A stretch of 64,000 nt of DNA from the human T2T-CHM13v2.0 reference genome, Homo sapiens: NCBI RefSeq assembly GCF_009914755.1, contig NC_060934.1. One strand, given 5' to 3'. The notes under the pieces were generated by a model, which worked only from the letters and a program-made list of their open reading frames with translations, was not told where the DNA came from and did not search any database. Of the stretch, positions 46,250-60,814 are shown in pieces; the stretch's first letter is position 1; each line of letters begins with the position of its first letter. The translations under genes and the position numbers were made by a program.

Positions 46250-46746
46250 TTTTGTTCTGCCTCACTACCTCAAAACAAGAGGTTACAAATGGCCACCATC
46301 TCATTTCATTTCACTGTGTGTCAGGAATTCAGGCAGGTCTCCCCTGGGTGATTCTTCCATTCTGGGTGCCATCCCTCGGTTTACTCAGTGGTTGTCAGCC
46401 AGTAGCTGGACTGATGTCTGGTGTGGAGGGGTCACGAGGGCTTCAGGCACATACTGGTGCCTTGACAGAGGCATCTGGAAGCCTGGATTTTGCTGAGCCC
46501 CTTTATGTATCCCCGGGGCCTCACAAGGTGGTCGATGGGGTAGTCAACATCTACAAGATACTCAGGGCCCTGAAACTCCAAGGTGGAAAGGGTCAGTCTT
46601 CTTACAGCCCAGACCTGGAACTGTCATGGTGGCACTTCTGCCACACACAATTGGTCAAACCGGTCACAGGCCGGTGTCAGAAATAGCCTCTGCCTCTTGA
46701 TGGGAATACTGATTGGAAAGAATCTGTGGTCATCGTTAATCTATCA
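46250..46746 (-). mobile_element. MLT1H/G-like MaLR LTR
   Basis: tcaggaattcaggcagg; cacttctgccacacacaattggtcaaa...gtcacaggcc; cctcttgatggga. Confidence 0.7.
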
Positions 46747-48502
46747 AAGCTTGAGACCAAAGGACCACACATAGACATGAAAAGTAAAAGCCCAAATCAA
46801 ACTTGAAAAGCCTGAAGCCTGGTTTAATTCTAACAATAATATATTACCAAAATAAACTAATCCTGCATTAAGACAGTGCTGAAATAAAAGATCTCTGCAT
46901 TCCACTCAAGAAGTTTAACTGTCATGAACAAATGCAACATGAATATTTAATGCTTTGTTTTTAGAAATAACAAATGAATTCAATCTTTGAATCCACTTGT
47001 CCTTCAATATTTATCTTACTATTCCTTTCTGCTTTTAGAAATAATTTACAAGAGTTCTGTGTATGATCATCTATTTCCATAAAAGAAGAAAGTATCAGTA
47101 TCCAACGTGTCCAAAGCTATGATAAATTCTGATGTCAAATAAAGGACTAACATACTAAAGAACAGTAATGTCAAATGGTACCAATCAAAAGAAATAAGGA
47201 GGAAAAAATCTAGAGATGTCTGCAACATCAGAGACTCATATTAATTCATGAATTAATACAAAGGAGTTTTCATCACACCTGTGTCATATTTCTCTGCAGT
47301 TTCTAACCTTGTCGCATGTTTTGCTGAAGCTCAGAGGAGCTAATGCTCTATTAAAAGCAAGAAGGAAGATTTGAATGTAGAAACAAAAAATAGGATCTTT
47401 AATAAGATATTTACAGATATAACAAATTATATACATATCCACCCATATGGCAAATAAATGAATTCAGTATCATCATCTTTCTGTGCTTTATAATCAATTT
47501 TCTTTTTCTTCAGGAAAGGTTAATCTCTCATTTGTATTCTATAATATGTGATTGATGGCTAATGTTTTATTCTTTAAAAAGATATTGCTTATATGATATA
47601 ATAAGGGGAACTCTAGGGCAATAAAGCCTATATTTTCTGAGAAACAAAATATAACGGATGTTGAAATTCATGCTGTGGATACTAAATATTGTTGAATATT
47701 TGAAAAGTCCGCTTGGTTATTTTTGTTGCCTTACTGAAAAGTCTGGATCATTGAATGATCAATTTAATTAAGCCTGCTCCATAAAATTTGATTTCACCTC
47801 CTCAGTAAAATGAACAGGTGAAATAATCCATAACAAACATGGCTGCATAAGCAAGCACTTAATTAGTTACAGGTTACTTTCAAATGCATTTTTAAAATGT
47901 TAATCTTTATATGGTACCTCACATCAATATATATAAATATTATAGCTTCAAATTAAGCACCACCCTTGGCTTGCCATAGAAAACACTTAATGATTTTATA
48001 AATAAGTGCTTACATTTATAGTACTTTTTGATGGAATGTATTTAGTAAAATCTTCTCATTAATTTTATGTATTATACACTTATATATTTACATGTAAAGT
48101 ATATTTTTAAGTGTGAACAAAAAATTTTTAATATTAATTTCTGTTGTTTTAAACTTTCAGTCTTTTCAACATAAGATAATAGCTGCACACATTTAATTTT
48201 TTTAAAAATAAAACACAATCTTAAAAATGTTCATGATGATTGGTCTTGGTGGTTCCTAGTAATAAGACCTGTCTTATTTTTTCACATCGAATAAATTATA
48301 TTTTTATGCAGGATTGCATTAATATCCAGTAGTTCTTAAACAATGTTACTAAATAACCATATAACTCCCAAATGCAGCAAAGGCAAGCAATCTTCATTGT
48401 GCACTTTCACCTCATGGAAGTTGAAGCTGCTCCTTTTGGATATTTTTCCACTTCAATGTGAAGTACATTGTTAGGGTTTCATGAGTGGTTTCATTATGTG
48501 GC

Positions 48503-48610
48503 TTTTTTTTTTTTCCTTTCTTTCTTTTTTGAGATGGAGTTTCGCTCTTGTTGCCCAGGCTGGAGAGCAATGGCGCGATCTGGGCTCACCACAACCTCCG
48601 CCTCCTGGGT
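48503..48610 (-). mobile_element. 5'-truncated Alu (Sp/Sq-like)
   Basis: Only the 3' ~75 bp plus tail. TSD TGTGGCTTTTT on both sides. Confidence 0.88.
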
Positions 48611-48792
48611 GGGTGTGGCTTTTTAAAAGAAAAAATAGTTTTGATTTCTTCCACAGTTCACAGTTCTCAGATGAGACTTTTTTTTTTTTTTTTTTTTTTT
48701 GGTAAATCATGTAGATCAGGGATGTTTTGAAAAGCAAAATGCTCCTTAGTAGATGAAATTTCTCAATGTAATTGTAATAAATAAGCACCTAC

Positions 48793-48837
48793 AGGCTGGG
48801 CATGGTGGCTTACACCTATAATCCCAGCACTTTGGGA
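48793..48837 (+). mobile_element. Alu 5' head (~45 bp) fused to HERV-L
   Basis: ggctgggcatggtggcttacacctataatcccagcactttggga, then HERV-L sequence. Confidence 0.9.
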
Positions 48838-51630
48838 TTCTATTTCCTGATTTCAGAAGCAGAAACTGAGCCTCAAATCTGCTAAGATTGTCCTGAGCAA
48901 GAGTCTTATTTCCTGGAGAGAAAGAACTGAAAATGTGAAAAAACAGACACAAGCTCTTATCATGCAAGTGGCTGACCTGCAATGAAAGGTGCATGCACAG
49001 CCTCACCAGGTGTCTACTGTTAAAGTGAGGGCATTGATTGGAACAGAATGGGACCCTGCAACTTGGAATGGGGACGTGTGGGAGGACCTGATGAAGCTGG
49101 GGACACCGAGTTTGTAAACTCTGATGAACCTTTCTTGCCAGAAGAAACAGCTATCCCAACCCCAGTAGTGGCAACATACCCTCACCAACCCATGCTGCCA
49201 TCAGCCTTTCTACCTGTCTTAGGAGATAAACCCTGTGCTGCCTGAGGCAACAGCGATGGCCTCCCCTGAGGCATTTGCCAGGCGAGATAATGTTGATTCT
49301 TCTCAGGAGCCACTCCCAACACCCATGTTTCCTTCTAGACCTATAACTAGACTAAAGTCCCGGCAGGCCCCTAGAGGTAAGGTTAAGAGTGTGACCCATG
49401 AGGAGGTGTTCTACACTCGAAAAGAACTGCTTGAGTTTTCCAATTTATATAAACAGAAATCTAGAGAACGAGCATGGGAATGCATATTAAGGGTGGGGAA
49501 AAATGGTGGAAGGAACATAGAGTTGGATCAGGCTGAATTTATTGATTTGGGCCCACTAAGTAGGGACTGTGCATTTAATGTTGCAGCTTGGGGAGTTAAA
49601 AAAGATTCTGATAGCTTATTTGCTTGTTTAGCTAAACTATGGATTAAAAGATGGCCCACTGTGAGCAAGCTGGAAATGCCTAATCTCCCTTGGTTTAAAG
49701 TAGAGGAAGGGATCCAAAGGCTTAGGGAGATTGGGATTTTGGAATGGATTAGTCACTTTAGTCCTACTCATCCCAGCTGGGAGGGTCCAGAAGATATACC
49801 TTTGACCAATGCCTTGTGAAATAGATTTGTAAGGGCAGCCTCTGCCTCTTTGAAGAGCCCTGTAATTGCTCTTCTCTGTATGTCAGATCTAACAGTAGGA
49901 ACCACAGTCACTCAATCACATAATTTAAATACAATGGGAATAATTGGATTCTGAGGTGGCAGGGGCCAAGTCGCAGCACTCAACCATCAAAGGCAAGGTG
50001 GGTGTAGCTATCAAAAAGGACAGCAGAGGCAAAGCGGCAATCAGAAGAATCTGACTCTTACAGAGCTCTGGCATTGGCTAATTAATCACAGTGTTCCTAC
50101 TAGTGAAATTGATAGGAAGCTTACTGCCTTCTTACTTAATTTATACAAGCAACAAACTTCTAGGGTGAATGGACAAAAGACTAATTTGAATTGTAAAAAC
50201 AGAGAACGATGGCCCTTCAATCAATTTCCAGACTTGAGCCAGTTTACAGACCTAGAACTCCTTGAATAAAGGGGAGGCCAGGTCCGCTTGAGGAAGGACC
50301 CCACTACACTACCAACAATTTATGCAGTGAATCTTTCTCCCATCCTTCCCTAAGGAGACCTCTGGCCTTTTACCAGGGTAACTGTGCATTGGGGAAAGGG
50401 AATGATCAAATGTCTGATCAGATCAGATATTTTGGGGACTACTAAATATTGGCTCTAAGCTGACATTAATTTCAGGGGACCCAAAACATCATTGTGGTCC
50501 TCCAGTTAAAGTAGGGGCTTATGGAGGTCAGGTAATTAGTGGAATTTTAGCTCAGGTCCAACTTACAGTAGATTCAGTGGGTCCCCAGACACATCCTGTG
50601 ATCATTTCCCCAGTGCTAGAATGCATAATTAGCATAAACATACTTAGCAGCTGGCAGAACCCTCACATTGGCTCCCTGACTGGTAGGGTGAGGGCTACTA
50701 CGGTGGAAAAGGTGAAATGGCAGCTACTAGAGCTGCCTCTACCTAGAAAAATAGTAAATCAAAAACAGTGTCACATCCCTGGAGGGACTGCAGAGATTAG
50801 TGCCACCATCAAGGACTTGAAAAATACAGGGGTGGTGATTCTCACCAGATCCCCATTCAACTCTCCCATTTGGCCTGTGCAGAAGATAGATGGATCTTGG
50901 AAAATGACAGTGGATTATTGTAAGCTTAACCAAGTGGTGATTCCAATTTCAGCTGCTATACTAGATGTGGTTTCATTGCTTGAGCAAATTAACACATCTC
51001 TTGGTACCTGGTATGCAGCCATTGACTTGGCAAATGCCTTTTTCTCCATTCCTGTCCATAAGCCCACCAGAAGCAATTTCCCTTAGCTGGCAAGGCCAGC
51101 AATATAACTTTACTGTCCTACCTCAGGGGTATATCAACTCTCCAGTTTTGTGTCATAGTCTTAGTCAGAGAGACCTTGATCACTTTTTGCTTCCATAAGA
51201 CATCACACTGGCCCATTACATTGACGACATTATGCTGATTCATCCAGTGAGCAAGAAGTAGCAAATACACTGGATTTATTGGTGAGACATTTGCATGCCA
51301 CAGAATGGGAAATAAATCTGACTAAAATTCAGGGACCTTCTACCTCAGTAAAATTTCTAGGGGTCCAGTGGTGTGGAGCCTGTAAAGACATTCCTTCTAA
51401 GGTGAAGGATAAGTTGCTGCATTTGGCCCCTCCTATAACAAAGAAAGAGGCACAACACATAGTGGGCCTATTTGGATTTTGGAGGCAACACATTCTTCAT
51501 TTGGGTGTGTTACTCCAGCCCATTTATGGAGTGACCCAAAAGGCTGCCAGTTTTGAATGGGGTCCAGAACAGGAGAAGGTTCTGCAACAGGTCCAGGCTG
51601 CTGTGCAAGTTGTTCTACCACTTGGGCCAT
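48834..51630 (+). mobile_element. HERV-L internal fragment (defective gag-pro-pol/RT), no LTRs
   Basis: ORF pieces with ERV-L Gag (...LLEFSNLYKQK...NGGRNIELDQAEFIDLGPLSRD) and RT motifs ([33 protein letters not shown] at 51217-51228, SVKFLG). Protease DTG is mutated to NIG at 50445-50453. Multiple stops and frameshifts. Confidence 0.95.
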
Positions 51631-52287
51631 CCTGTCATGCAGAGGTTTCCATTTGCTGTATGAAGTTCTTAGGGATACAGTCAGGTTCAAAGTCTAGGAA
51701 AGAGGCTGTGTCTCTCTTTAAGGTAGGGTTATCTCCATAGTAGAAATGATAATGGAGTGGTTTGCATAACTACTGTGACTTAACTAGATTCCCATGCTGA
51801 GGAGCGATGTGGTCACCCTTGCAGGGCAGGCCCATTCTCTTTCTACCGGAAAAAGGGGCCAAGCGGGATGCGAAATATACTCCCCTGGGAGCAAGAAAAC
51901 TCAGAGTCCAGGTCAGTGCCAGAATCATGACGTAGTTTTTTTCAAGTTACTTGTTTTCTCTAACACTGTTTCATCATCAGAATATCATACTCACCGTGTC
52001 CTGCTTTCTTCACATGTATGTTGTTGAAACAGAATGATAAACATGTGCAATCACTCTGAAAAGTGCTGGAAAAATAATATGATATGCAATATTTAATCTA
52101 TTTTATAATTTATGTTTTTTATTATAAAATATTAATAAACTTAAATATATGTTATATAACACAATAATATGACTTAAAAAAAGCTAATATTTATTCAGGT
52201 AGTACTATATTCCAGGTGTTATTTTAAGACTTTATATAAATTAACTCTTTTTTCAATGAAGACTTTGAAATGGAAATAGTTACTATT

Positions 52288-52648
<361 letters not shown>

Positions 52649-53037
52649 TCACAGGGCTAGGAATTCCTAAAACTGGGATATGATGTTAAAACCAGAATAT
52701 ATAGTTTTAAACATTGTGTAATAAATAAGAAAGATACAAATTGCTGGTACAATTCTTTATATAGTACGTGTGATCAAATATCTGTTTACCTTTCATTAAA
52801 TTGGGATGATAAATGTGTTATAATGCTTCCAGAACATTGATTACTAATACTGTTTATTATAACATTTAACCTGAATCACATGGGCAGGGCAGGAGACATG
52901 GTAAACTTCTTTCCCTTATTAAAATCAAATCTCATCATTACAAAAAAGAAACATTATAAGACATATGTGTAAAACTACATTACTTTAAAATAATAAAAAT
53001 GTATATTTATTAACAGTAAAAGATGTCATCCTTGAAG

Positions 53038-53350
53038 TTTTTTTTTTTTTTTTTTTCTAGAGACAGAGTCTCTCTCTGTTGCCCAGGCTGGAGTGCAGTG
53101 GTGTGATCTGGGCTCACTGGCTCACTGCAACCTCTGTCTCCCAGGTTCAAGCAATTCTTCTGCCTCAGCCTCCCTAGTAGCTGGGACTACAGGTGCACGA
53201 TGCCACACCTGGCTAATTTTTGGTATTTTAGTAGAGACAGGGTTTCACCGTGTTGCCCAGGCTGGTCTTGAAATCCTGAGCCCAGGCAATCTGCCCGCCT
53301 CGGCCTCTCAAAGTGCTAGGATTACAGGCATGAGCCACCAGGCCTGGACC
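53038..53350 (-). mobile_element. AluS
   Basis: TSD CCTT(G/C)AAGTTT. Internal ggctcact duplication. Confidence 0.92.
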
Positions 53351-53542
53351 CTTCAAGTTTTTTAACATCATACTACATAATGCTAAAAATTATTTATTTT
53401 TAGAATATTTTTTCTTTGAGGATGGCCATCAAGATTTTATTTAGTTTTAGAAATATTTGTTGAATGTTGATGGTACCAAGAACAGTTCTAAGTATTGCTG
53501 GTCAAGAGGTGATTAACATAAATCCCTTCTAATAAGATCTAG

Positions 53543-53960
<418 letters not shown>

Positions 53961-55241
53961 TCATTCAGCTTTTAAAGTGTGATATTATCTCTATTGTAAG
54001 AGAGAAAAAGCAACTGGAAACAAATTTTATTATCTGTAGGCCAAAGCCAGAAAGGCTCTCTAAATGTGACTGAGGTAATTCCTTTTATTTATTTGCTTCT
54101 TATTGTTCTTCTTGAAGAAGAGAAAGGATCCCAGATGAAAAGTTTTAGATGCAGTAAGTAATGAAGAGAAAAACTGGTAAATATGTACGTTAATCTAAAT
54201 AAGTATTATTTGTATCAGTAACAATAGAGTTTTGAGATTAAAAAACAAGCAAAAGGGAAGTAAAATAAGTAATGAAAGTAAAATAAAGTTGGGACGAGAT
54301 AACAGGATTTAAGTGCTCAAAATTCAACTGTTGGTTCAACAGGATATTAAAAGTATTACAATTAAACATTAATATGTAAAGATTGGAATTTTTCTCATGA
54401 CTTGTATTTTAAATAGACAAACTTATGGATATAAACTTAAAAAGTCAAATGATTAAAAATAGCTCAATTAAAATAATTAAAGAAGAGAAAATTAAAACTG
54501 AATAGGTATGAAGAAAGAAAAGCACAAAAAATGCTGACTTAAGCTAAATGTATCAATAATTGCAAAACATAAATAGATCCAATCTTCTAGTTAAAGGACA
54601 AATATTATTTGCCAATTTTTTAAAAAAGATCTTACCATCTTCTGTCCTATTTAAATTATAAGGAAGCAGAATAGTTGACAGAAAAAAATTCAAAAGAAAA
54701 TAATAGCACTTAATAATCAAAAATAAAGCTCTTATAATTTTATTAACAGATGAAACAGACTTTAAGCAAAAATTAGACATAACATGGGACATTTTTTAGA
54801 GATGAATGTCTTAGAAAGTATGTAAAAGTTTATGTATTTCAAAACATAGTCTCAAGATATATAAATCAAAAATTGATATAAGTATAAAGAAAAATAGGCA
54901 AAATAACCAAAGTGAAAAATTTCAGCATATAAACAGGAGATCAGTAGAGGAAATGTAGAGAACACAACTGGTAAGTAACACCTAAAAGACAAAACAGAAG
55001 AGAATAACAGAATTCTGCACTCATGAACTGGAGAATACATATTCTTTTCAAATATTCATTTAAAAATTACAATAACTGATCATTTCCTGGAGGATAAATC
55101 AACTCTTGACAAATTTCAAATTGAAATATAATAACATAGAACATATTCAAAGAATGCAATTTGAGTTTGAAATAAATTACAAAAAACAAAAACAAAAACT
55201 AGAAACCCTCTCATATGATTGAAGATTAAGAAATGTAGTTC

Positions 55242-55785
55242 TGTCAAAGATGAGTTGGCTGTAAGTATTTGACTGTATCTCTGGGTTCTCTGTTCTATTC
55301 CATTGATCTACATTCCTATTTTTATACCAGTACCGTGCTGTTTTGGTAACTATAGTGTTGTAAGTTTGAAGTCAGGTAATGTGATGCCTGCAGATTTGTT
55401 CTTTTTGCTTAGTATTGCTTTGGCTATGTGGGCTCTTTTCTGGTTCCATATACATTTTAGGATTGTATTTTTCTAGTTGTGTGAAGAATGATGATGGTAT
55501 TTTGATGGGAATTGCATTGAACTTGTAGATTGCTTTTGGCAATATGGTCATTTTCCCAATATTGATTCTACCCATCCATGAGCATGGGATGTGTTTCCAT
55601 TTGTTTGTGTCATCTATGATTTCTTTCAGCAGTGTTTTGCAGTTTTCCTTGTAAAGAACTTTCACCTCCTTGGTTAAGTATGTTCCTAGGTATTTTATTT
55701 TTCTGCAGCTGTTGTAAATGGGATAGAGTTCTTGATTTGATTCTCAGATTGGCCTTCCCAAAAATTATTAAAATAAAAATTAAAA
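55242..55785. mobile_element. L1PB insertion with 5' inversion (antisense ORF2 piece 55242-55752 plus sense 3' terminus 55755-55785)
   Basis: Minus ORF 55372-55665 ([27 protein letters not shown]) is L1PB ORF2. It is followed by TTCCCAAAAATTATTAAAATAAAA, resembling the L1PB 3' end. TSD 55228-55240 / 56112-56124. Confidence 0.8.
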
Positions 55786-56086
<301 letters not shown>

Positions 56087-56549
56087 TTAAAATTTAAAAA
56101 ATAAAATAAGAAAGAAGCATAGTTTTAAAAATTCATTGATCCAAAAAGAAATAATAGTAAAAATGACAATATTTTGAACTGAACAATAAAGAAAATGCAT
56201 GTCTATGGTTGCGAGGTGCAGCCAAAATAGTAACTTACAGGAAAATTATGGGCTTAGTTATGTATATATGAAAATATAATGAAAAATTAATAAAATATTT
56301 ATCCAAGAATTTTGAAAAATAACAAAAAGAAGAGCAAATTAAACTCAGTAAAAGTAGAAGAAAGGAAATATTAAGGGTAAGAACAAAAATTAATAAACTT
56401 GAATATGCACAATAGAAAATTTCAGAAAAACAAGAGATAGTGTTATAGAAAAATTAATAAAATCGAAATATCTCTGATAGTATCATTCAAAGAAAACCAG
56501 TAAAAGCAAAATAATTATTGTTAGAAATATGAAGACACTGAACAATAAC

Positions 56550-57829
56550 TGTGTCCAGAATTGTGGGTTCTTGGTCTCACTGACTTCAAGAATGAAGCCG
56601 TGGACCCTCGCGGTGAGAGTTACAGTTCTTAAAGGCGGCTTGTCCGGAGTTTTTTCCTTCCGGTGGGCTCGTGGTCTCGCTGGTTTCAGGGGTGAAGTTG
56701 TAGACCTTCGCGGTGAATGTTACAGCTCATAAAGGCAGTGTGGACCCAAAGAATGAGCAGTAGCAAGATTTATTGCAAAGAGCGAAAGAACAAAGCTTCC
56801 ACAATGTGGAAGGGGACCCGAGCGGGTTGCCACTCCTGGCTGGGGCAGCCTGCTTTTATTCTCTTATCTGGCCCCACTCACAACCTGCTGATTGGTAGAG
56901 CCGAGCGGTCTGTTTTGACAGGGCGCTGATTGGTGCATTTACAATCCCTGAGCTAGACACAAAGGTTCTCCAAGTCCCCCCCGCAGAGTAGCCAGATACA
57001 GAGTGCCGATTGGTGTATTCACAAACCCTGAGCTAGACATAAAGGTTCTCCAAGGCCCCACCAGAGTAGCTAGATACAGTGTCGATTGGTGCATTCACAA
57101 ACCCTGAGCTAGACACAGGGTGCTGATTGGTGCATTTACAATCCCTTAGCTAGACATAAAGGTCTGCAAGTCCTCACCAGACTCAGGAGCCCAGCTGGCT
57201 TCACCCAGTGGATCCTGCACCGGGCCTGCAGTTGGAGCTGCCAGCCAGTCCTGCACCGTGCACCCACACTCCTCAGCCCTTGGGTGGTCGATGGGACTGG
57301 GCGCCATGGAGCAGGGGGTGGCGCTCTTCGGGGAGGCTTGGGCGGCACAGGAGCCCATGGAGAGGTTGGGAGGCTCAGGCATGGCGGGCTGCAGGTCCCG
57401 AACCCTGCCCCGCCAGAAGGCAGCTAAGGCCCGGTGAGAAATCAAGCTCAGCGCTGGTGGGCTGGCAGTGCTGGGGGACCCAGTACAACCTCCGCAGCGG
57501 CTGGCCCTGGTGCTAAGCCCCTCATTGCCCCAGGCTGGCAGGGCCAGCCGGCTGCTCCGAGTGTGGGCCGCCAAGCCCACGCCCACCTGGAACTCCAGCT
57601 GGCCCGCAAGCACTGCACACAGCCCCGGTTCCCGCTCGTGCCTCTCCCTCCACACCTCCCTGCAAGCTGAGGGAGTAGGCTCCAGCCTTGGCCAGCCCAG
57701 AAAGGGGCTCCCACAGTGCAGCGGGGGGCTGAAGGGCTCCTCAAGTGCCGCCAAAGTGGAAGCCCAGGCAGAGGAGGCACCGAGAGCTAGCGAGGGCTGT
57801 GAGGACTGCCAGCACGCTGTCACCTCTCA
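56550..57829 (-). mobile_element. LTR12C solo LTR (ERV9)
   Basis: Reverse complement starts TGAGAGGTGACAGCGTGCTGG and ends ...ATTCTGGACACA. Tandem CCAAT-containing repeats, 1280 bp, flanks ATAAC/ATAAC. Confidence 0.95.
56830..57170 (-). promoter_or_regulatory. LTR12C U3 promoter: NF-Y CCAAT array, GATA site and AATAAA-type TATA
   Basis: ATTGG at 56891, 56929, 57009, 57085 and 57126; CTTATCT at 56863; TTTATT at 56855-56860. This is the established LTR12 promoter layout. Confidence 0.65.
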
Positions 57830-58155
57830 ATAACATGATATCAAGAAAAGTTTTATGCCAACATTTCAATTTAGATAAAATGGAAATATTCCTCAAAGTA
57901 AAACAAACACAATTTAACAAAACTGACCCAAGAAAAAGTAGATTGCTTGATAAGTCCAGAAACCATTAAGTCTGACTTACTATTCAGAAAACTTCCCTCA
58001 GAAAGAGTTTTCAGAAAACTCCTGGCCCAAATGATTTTACTAGAGTTTTTACATTCAATGAAAGTCGAAATAAATCCAAACAAGCACAGCCTCCAAGAGA
58101 AAAAGAAAAGAGGAAACATTCTGCAGCTCATTTCCTGAGAATAACATAACCCTAG

Positions 58156-58600
<445 letters not shown>

Positions 58601-60248
58601 GGAATGTAGAATTTTTTATATTAAAAATGATGTAATTATCATGTTAAGAGTAGAAAGATAAAAATCCTAAAATTATCTCAACAAACATAGAAAAACATAG
58701 GGTAAAATTCAAAATCCATCCATGGTAAAAACAAAAACCTCACAGTAAACAAATAATTGAACTGAACTTTCTTCTTCCAATAGAACATATCTATAAAAAC
58801 ATTACAGCTAACATTGTACCTATCACTAAAATATTGACAGTATTCTTTTTGGGATTGAATCAAGACAAAGGTGCCCGATACCACCATTTCAGCTCAATAG
58901 TTTATTGCAGATATTAACCATTGCAATAACTTCCCCTTCCTTCAAGCACAAAGGAAACAGGATGATAAAGGAAAAAAGAGCAAAAAAGTTGTAAGAGGAT
59001 CTCTAGAAGAATATTATTATTATGAACAAAGTAGAATTATAAATTAGAATTATTTAAATATTAAATCTGGAAGTGCAAATTATTTTAGCAAGTTTATTGG
59101 GAAATAAATTATTAAGCAAAAATCAATTGTATTTCTACATATCAGCAAATACTAAAGGGATAGAGATTATAGAACTTTTACAAAAGCAGGAAAAATTGTC
59201 TACAGAAAAGATTATAAAATGTCATTGAGATATTAAATAAGACCTACAAATATTGAGAGGGAAACCATACTCAAAGATCAGAAGTCTCCAAACTATTAAA
59301 TTGTTGATTTTCTCAAAAATGAGGTATAGATTAAAAGCAACTACGTTGAAAGTATCAGGAGGTTTTGCCCATTTTGTTTTTGCTTTTAAATGAAACTTGA
59401 CCAGCTTATTTGAAGATTTTTATGGGCATGCAAAGGGCCATGAATAGTTAAGATGCTCTTGAGAAGAAAACATAAGATGGGAGGAATGCCTTTTCACATG
59501 TAATGTCTTACTGTACTTACACAGCTAGGTATTTAAGAAATACCTAGCTTACAAAGCTAGGTATTTAAGAAAATGTAGATTTGCTTCAGGGAAAGAGAAA
59601 TTGAATAGGATGAGGAATTTGTATGTGAAACCCACACCCTTCTCTGGCACTAGAGACTCAACCGTCTCTATATATTTTCAGTATTTCCAGTTGGAGGCCC
59701 AATGAGCAACTAAAACTTCATGTATCCAACATTAGATTTCTAATCATTCTCCCAAACACCAACCCAGGCTCACTCTTACTCATCCTTTTCTTTCATATGC
59801 CATATCAATCTAGTTATATATTCTGTTGACTCTACTTTTAAAATACACAGCATTGACCTCTTCTTTCCTACGTCCATTTGAACCATCTGGTCAGAATTGT
59901 GATCATATCTGACATATACTTCTGCAATCGTCCCCTAATTGATCTCCCTGCTTTCCTTTTTACCCCAGACCCGGTCTTTTCTTCAACCAGCTGCCAGAAG
60001 GATTCTTTGAAACATAAATCTGATTGCTCCTCTCTGCAATGGCTTAAAGTCCTTATGATGCCCTAGAACCTTGCAAAACCTGTCCCATCATTTTGTGGCC
60101 TCTGCTCCTACTAATATCACTGGTCTTTTTGCTGTCTCATTAATCTGCCAGGTCTGCAGCTGCCTGTAGGCCTAGTCACTGCGAATGCTCTTCTTTTGGA
60201 TGCCCATACTGCTATAATAACTTCCTCATCTTATTCACTCTTTGATGA

Positions 60249-60562
<314 letters not shown>

Positions 60563-60696
60563 TGATGATCACTTTTCAATGCACTTACTCTGACCAATCC
60601 AATTTAAATTGAAAACTACTCAACCCCTCTGTTCCTCCCCAGGACTACTTTTTCTCTTTTTGTATAGTACTTATCATCCTATAATATTTAAACAGA

Positions 60697-60814
60697 GGCT
60701 AGGCGTTGTGGTCCCTGTTTTAGTCCCAGCTACTTGGGAGGCTGAGGCAAGAGGATATCTGAGCCCAGGAGTTGGAGACCAGCCTGGGCATCATAGCGAG
60801 ACCCTTTCTCAAAA
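60697..60814 (+). mobile_element. Free Alu monomer (FLAM_A-like)
   Basis: Single arm. TSD ATATTT(A/G)AACA. Confidence 0.8.

Noticed and set aside
49235-51740. Gag and RT ORFs as a functional or domesticated gene
   Set aside because: Broken by several stops and frameshifts, protease DTG destroyed, no LTR promoter.
56880-57170. Spaced direct repeats resembling a CRISPR-like array
   Set aside because: These are the normal LTR12 U3 tandem repeats; there are no unique spacers or cas genes, and the context is eukaryotic.
57146-57833. Longest ORFs (225 aa on minus, 121 aa on plus)
   Set aside because: They lie entirely inside the GC-rich U3 of LTR12C, where such open frames are typical, and resemble no protein I recognise.
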